A stretch of 64,000 nt of DNA from Felis catus (lineage: Eukaryota), in contig NC_058368.1 of assembly GCF_018350175.1 (NCBI RefSeq), forward strand, positions 213,282,001-213,346,000, in the 5' to 3' direction. The translations under genes were made by a program, and so were the position numbers. The notes under the pieces were generated by a model that saw only the letters and a program-made list of their open reading frames with translations, did not search any database and was not told the origin of the DNA. Of this stretch, positions 60,151 to 64,000 are shown one piece after another. Within the stretch, counting starts at the first letter, position 1; each line of letters opens with the position of its first letter.

Positions 60151-60844
60151 AGCATTCTGTATCTTGATAAGTTTGGGATATGCAGATGTATGCCAAAACT
60201 CAGCAAAAGTACATTTGAGATGTGTTTAATTGTTGGAATTTCATATTAAAAGAAACAACTAGGCAAATGTGGAACTCTAGTTAATGACACTGCCACTGAA
60301 TTACGCGAAGAGAAGTGTGCTGTTGTCTGCTGTTTGAATGGCAGCAGCGATGGGATGGATTAATGGGTTCAGACGGCTGGGTACGACTGGGTGTGTGGTA
60401 AAGCCAGGTACAGCAAAATGTCAGTGATGTGATCTCAGAGCTGGGCCTGTGTGCGTACGAATGTCCACAAGACTCTTTAACCTTTGCTGTGTTGGAAACT
60501 TGACATGATAAATGCTAGGGAAGTTTTAAATGAATCCCTGAAGAAGTAACTATAAACAACATATATAGGAGTATATTGGACCTTTATGGGAGAAGAGACA
60601 CCAGCACCTTTCCTGGCCACCAGGATATAATGGACCTTGGGGAAGGAATTAGAATTTTCACGTCCCCCTGCCTCAAGCTCCCTTTTCCATTTCCATTGTC
60701 CCTCTGGGTCATTTTCTGTTGGCCTGGATCATTATTGTCAACTCCCTCCTCTGCTTTCAGCTCCTTCTCTCACTGCCAATGAATCTTCCTAGAATAATCA
60801 TGTGATTTTTTTTTTTTTTTACTTGAAATGTTTTAATGGCTGCA

Positions 60845-61195
60845 TCCGTTAGAACTCTGGGTTGCAACAACTCATGCCAAAAAGAGGAATTGTGTGTGTC
60901 TGAAGGCCAGAGATGTTGTTGGGTCTCAGTACTGGAAGCCCCTGTAGTCTTTTCTGAGTGTTACCGACCGCTCTTGCTCGACACACCAGCTTTCTCCTCT
61001 TCCTGGTGAAGTGTGATGCAACTCCCACAGCAACTCTGAGTTCAGGAGGCCAGTCACCTTGACTGGAATCTTGGTCCTCATTCCGAATCCTGGAGAAGAG
61101 AGCCTGGGCCGGCAGCCACGAGCAAGGTCTTTGTGTGGTCACTCCCACCAGCTCCGAGTGTGGCATGCGTATCTTCCCAGCCCCAAGTTCAAAGA
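60845..61195. mobile_element. MLT1-type LTR fragment
   Basis: gttagaactctgggttgcaacaac...aatcctggagaagagagcctgggcc resembles old MaLR LTRs. Confidence 0.5.
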
Positions 61196-61366
61196 GGCAT
61201 GTGGTGTAGTGGGTTCTCTGAATCTGAACCTCTGACTTGCACCTTATGAACTGTGGGACTTGGGCAAGGAAGTTAACATCCTTCCATCTCAGCTTCCTCA
61301 TCTGCAAAATGGTGACATTCACAGAGCCCTCCTCATTGAAGTATTGGAGGGTTAAACGTGGTTTCC

Positions 61367-61586
61367 TTTTTTTTTTTTTAATTTTTAACGTTATTTATTT
61401 TGAGGAAGAGAGAAGGTGTGAGCAGGGGAAAGGCAGAGAGAGAGAGGGAGAGGGAGAATCCCAAACAGGCTCCTTCTCCTTGCTGTCAGCACATAGCCCG
61501 ACGCAGGGCTCGATCCCACGAACCAAGAGATCATGACCTGAGATGAAATCAAGAGATGCTTAACTGACAGAGCCATCCAGGTGCAC
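61367..61586 (-). mobile_element. Can-SINE inserted in a MIR (~61196-61650)
   Basis: MIR core acttgggcaagg...cagcttcctcatctgcaaaatgg before, catagcaaatgctcaataaatg after. Confidence 0.9.
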
Positions 61587-61699
61587 CAAAGAGGAGTTCA
61601 TTTTAAGTGTCTGTCACATAGCAAATGCTCAATAAATGTTTAAGTGTTAGCTCTGATTGTATTGTGGTGTGGTCATTTAAAAACTTCATGTAAACAGGT

Positions 61700-61782
<83 letters not shown>
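61700..61782. repeat. Compound (TG)n(AG)n microsatellite
   Basis: Read directly from the sequence. Confidence 0.95.
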
Positions 61783-61785
<3 letters not shown>

Positions 61786-62599
61786 TAATCTCCATCCCAG
61801 GAGCAGTTAGCTAGTCTGAAATAGCCTAAACAGGAATCCAGGTTCCAAAGGTGGCCATATTAGCATTTCAAATGTCTTCAAGATCAGACGATTTGTTGAG
61901 CAGCACCTGGGATGTTAAAAATCCTTTCGGTGGTGAAATGAGTGGATACGTGGGATATGTGATTGGCTAGAAATATCATAGAGGCCCCATCCTCAGATGT
62001 GTGGGATAAAAATCCATCAGGCCCAGCAGCATAAACACTTTGGAGCAGAGCACAAGGTCTAGAAACCTCGCTGGTCCAGTGACCTCTGCATCACCCAATG
62101 GGCCCCAGAGTTCGTTGGTTCTACCATCTCATTTCATCTGTCTTGGGAGTGGAACTTTCATGCCTGGAGAACAAAGAGAGGGACTTCTCCCAGAATGTAA
62201 GTACGGGAAACACGATTGTTTTGTGCTGTTAATAAATGAGCACACATCTAGTAACTTGGTCCCAGGCTGGCTTTCATTGTGCAATGCCATCTGCTAAGGA
62301 GGTTGTGGTAGTAGTGCCAGGGAGCAATAGCCCCTGCCCACCTCTGACTTCCAGAAGCTACTGACATTTACCGGAAGAACATCACAATGGCCGAATGGTC
62401 AAATTGACTTAGGTCAATTCATGACATTCCACCAGATTGACTGGAACTTTAATTGTGATATGTAGTTAGATTTACTGGATAGCCAACCATGGTTAAATTG
62501 AGGGGACTCCCCCCTCCTTACAGAGGTGCAGGAGTCTTTGTGTCAGTCTGCTGTGGCCTTTGGTCCATCGTGGCCACCACCCAGGGGCTCCTTGCCTAG

Positions 62600-62850
62600 G
62601 CCTTAGTTTGCATTCCCCCAGTGACCAACCCTGAGACAAAGATTTGAGTGCAAGTAGTTTATTTGTCGAGTGATCCCGGGAAGCACAGCGAGAGTGTGGG
62701 GAAGTAGGACAGGAAAGCAAGCCAGCACAGAGTATGTGAACGAGCACATTATCGTTGGGGCAACTGGGGCTCAACCTGATGAGGACCCTCTGAGAGGCCA
62801 CATGAATTTGGGGAGGGGGTTTGATTATACCATATGTCCTCTCCCTCGGC
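62600..62850. mobile_element. MLT1H/I-type LTR fragment
   Basis: ccctgagacaaagatttgagtgcaagtagtttattt...gtgatcccgggaagcac...gggcaactggggctca. Confidence 0.7.
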
Positions 62851-63899
62851 ATTGTCTTGTGGAAATTCCTCTATGTCGGGTGGTAGAGTTCCAATGTGTT
62901 CTTAGGTAGTAGCTGCTCAGAGAGCATCAATGCCTTGAGCTTTCCCTCCAGACAAATTCCCCGATTTCTCCCCCAAATTCCAAATGTGGGACTGCCTATG
63001 CCTCCCTTCTTTATAAAGGAATACCATTTCTATATCCTCAAAGCCTGTGGACACTTCTAAATGCCCTTCCTATTTCCCCCAGGAAGTTGAGTTTCATCCT
63101 GCCTCAGGGCTTCTGGTTACAGGACGTGATTTCCCAGAATTCTTGAAGATCTGACCCACACCATCTCCCTTGCCTCACAGGAAATGGCAAAATCAACTGG
63201 ATGATTAAATGATTCATTCCTTACTGTAAAGTTGAAATTTTTATGTAATAAAAAAAAATCCAATAAAAACCACAGTGTTTCAACTCACAGAGTACCTCTT
63301 TATTCATCATCCAATTCCAAGAATCCCTGCCAACCCTTCGAAGTGCACTCACATTCTCCAGTGTGCACACCACCCCCAGATCCTTCAAGCTACAGAGCAC
63401 GGGGAAAGGACAAGAGTTCAAGAAATAAATGTTTTGTGATTTAAAAAAAAAGATGAGGTAAAAGCCAAGAGATCAAACGGTTTCTGTTTGTAGTAGGTGG
63501 TGAGAAAAACATAATGCGGCGTGTGCCATTTCTTGCCTTTGCGTCCAGGTTGAGGTATAGTTCTACTGTGTGAGCGGATTCAGAACTTGCTGGTTTTCCT
63601 CGCCATATAACCTAGCACATGCCAGGGAATAAGGGCTCAGTGTGTTGCAGGCACAAGGAGAACTTATCCTGGACCGACTCAGGGCAGAAAGGAGCCAAGT
63701 TGTCAAGACAAAAGGCAACTTAAGACACATGAATTCCAGCATGATTCCGTGGCTGCTGGGTTCCCAGATACAGTTCTGTGGCCGTATCCCAGGGACCCAC
63801 ATTTTGGGCTACTCCTCTACTTAGACCAGGTGGTTGAGGATGTTTGTGACTTGCAGAGGGAGCAGGCTGAGTAGGAGAAAGCCTCCCTACAATTGCAAG

Positions 63900-64000
63900 T
63901 TTCTTTCTTTCTTTTTTTTTTTTTTTGGTAACAGCTTTATTGAGATATAATTCACGTACTATAACAATTCACCCATTTAAGGTATACAATAGTTCTTAAT
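63900..64000 (-). mobile_element. L1 3' end (continues beyond the window)
   Basis: T-tail, then aacagctttattgagatataattcac...aattcacccatttaaggtatacaat. Confidence 0.85.

Noticed and set aside
60849..61322. 157-aa minus-strand ORF
   Set aside because: Spans MIR (ILQMRKLR is a typical MIR translation) and LTR-derived sequence.
1..64000. A novel multi-gene system, CRISPR array or prokaryote-type operon
   Set aside because: The sequence is explained by one known spliced mammalian gene plus common repeats. The recurring ~200-bp units are dispersed SINEs with individual TSDs, not regularly spaced repeat-spacer arrays.

Overview
This is eukaryotic genomic DNA from a carnivore, most likely a felid, judging by the many tRNA-derived Can-SINE/SINEC_Fc-type elements and an L1_Fc-like 3' end. 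The window holds most of one spliced protein-coding gene on the + strand: MTMR12 (myotubularin-related protein 12/3-PAP), a catalytically inactive myotubularin adaptor. I traced 15 coding exons by eye (exons 2-16, 16575-54904). All have GT-AG boundaries and join into one open frame of 2163 nt (720 aa plus stop). Exon 1 and the promoter appear to lie upstream of the window, so 1-16574 is intron 1. A ~2.3 kb 3' UTR ends near an ATTAAA at 57213, followed by ~7 kb of repeat-rich intergenic DNA. The rest is typical mammalian repeat content: over 35 Can-SINEs, MIR, L2 and L1 fragments, hAT/Charlie fossils, MLT1 LTRs and microsatellites. Almost all ORFs in the supplied track are spurious. I found no evidence for a new biological system. 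The observations worth checking are modest: compensating one-codon indels relative to human as I recall it, a coding A10 tract, symmetric exons 14/15, nested and inverted SINE structures, young possibly polymorphic insertions, non-B-DNA tracts and clustered 3' UTR motifs. Repeat subfamily names and human comparisons come from memory, not from database searches, and old-repeat boundaries are approximate.
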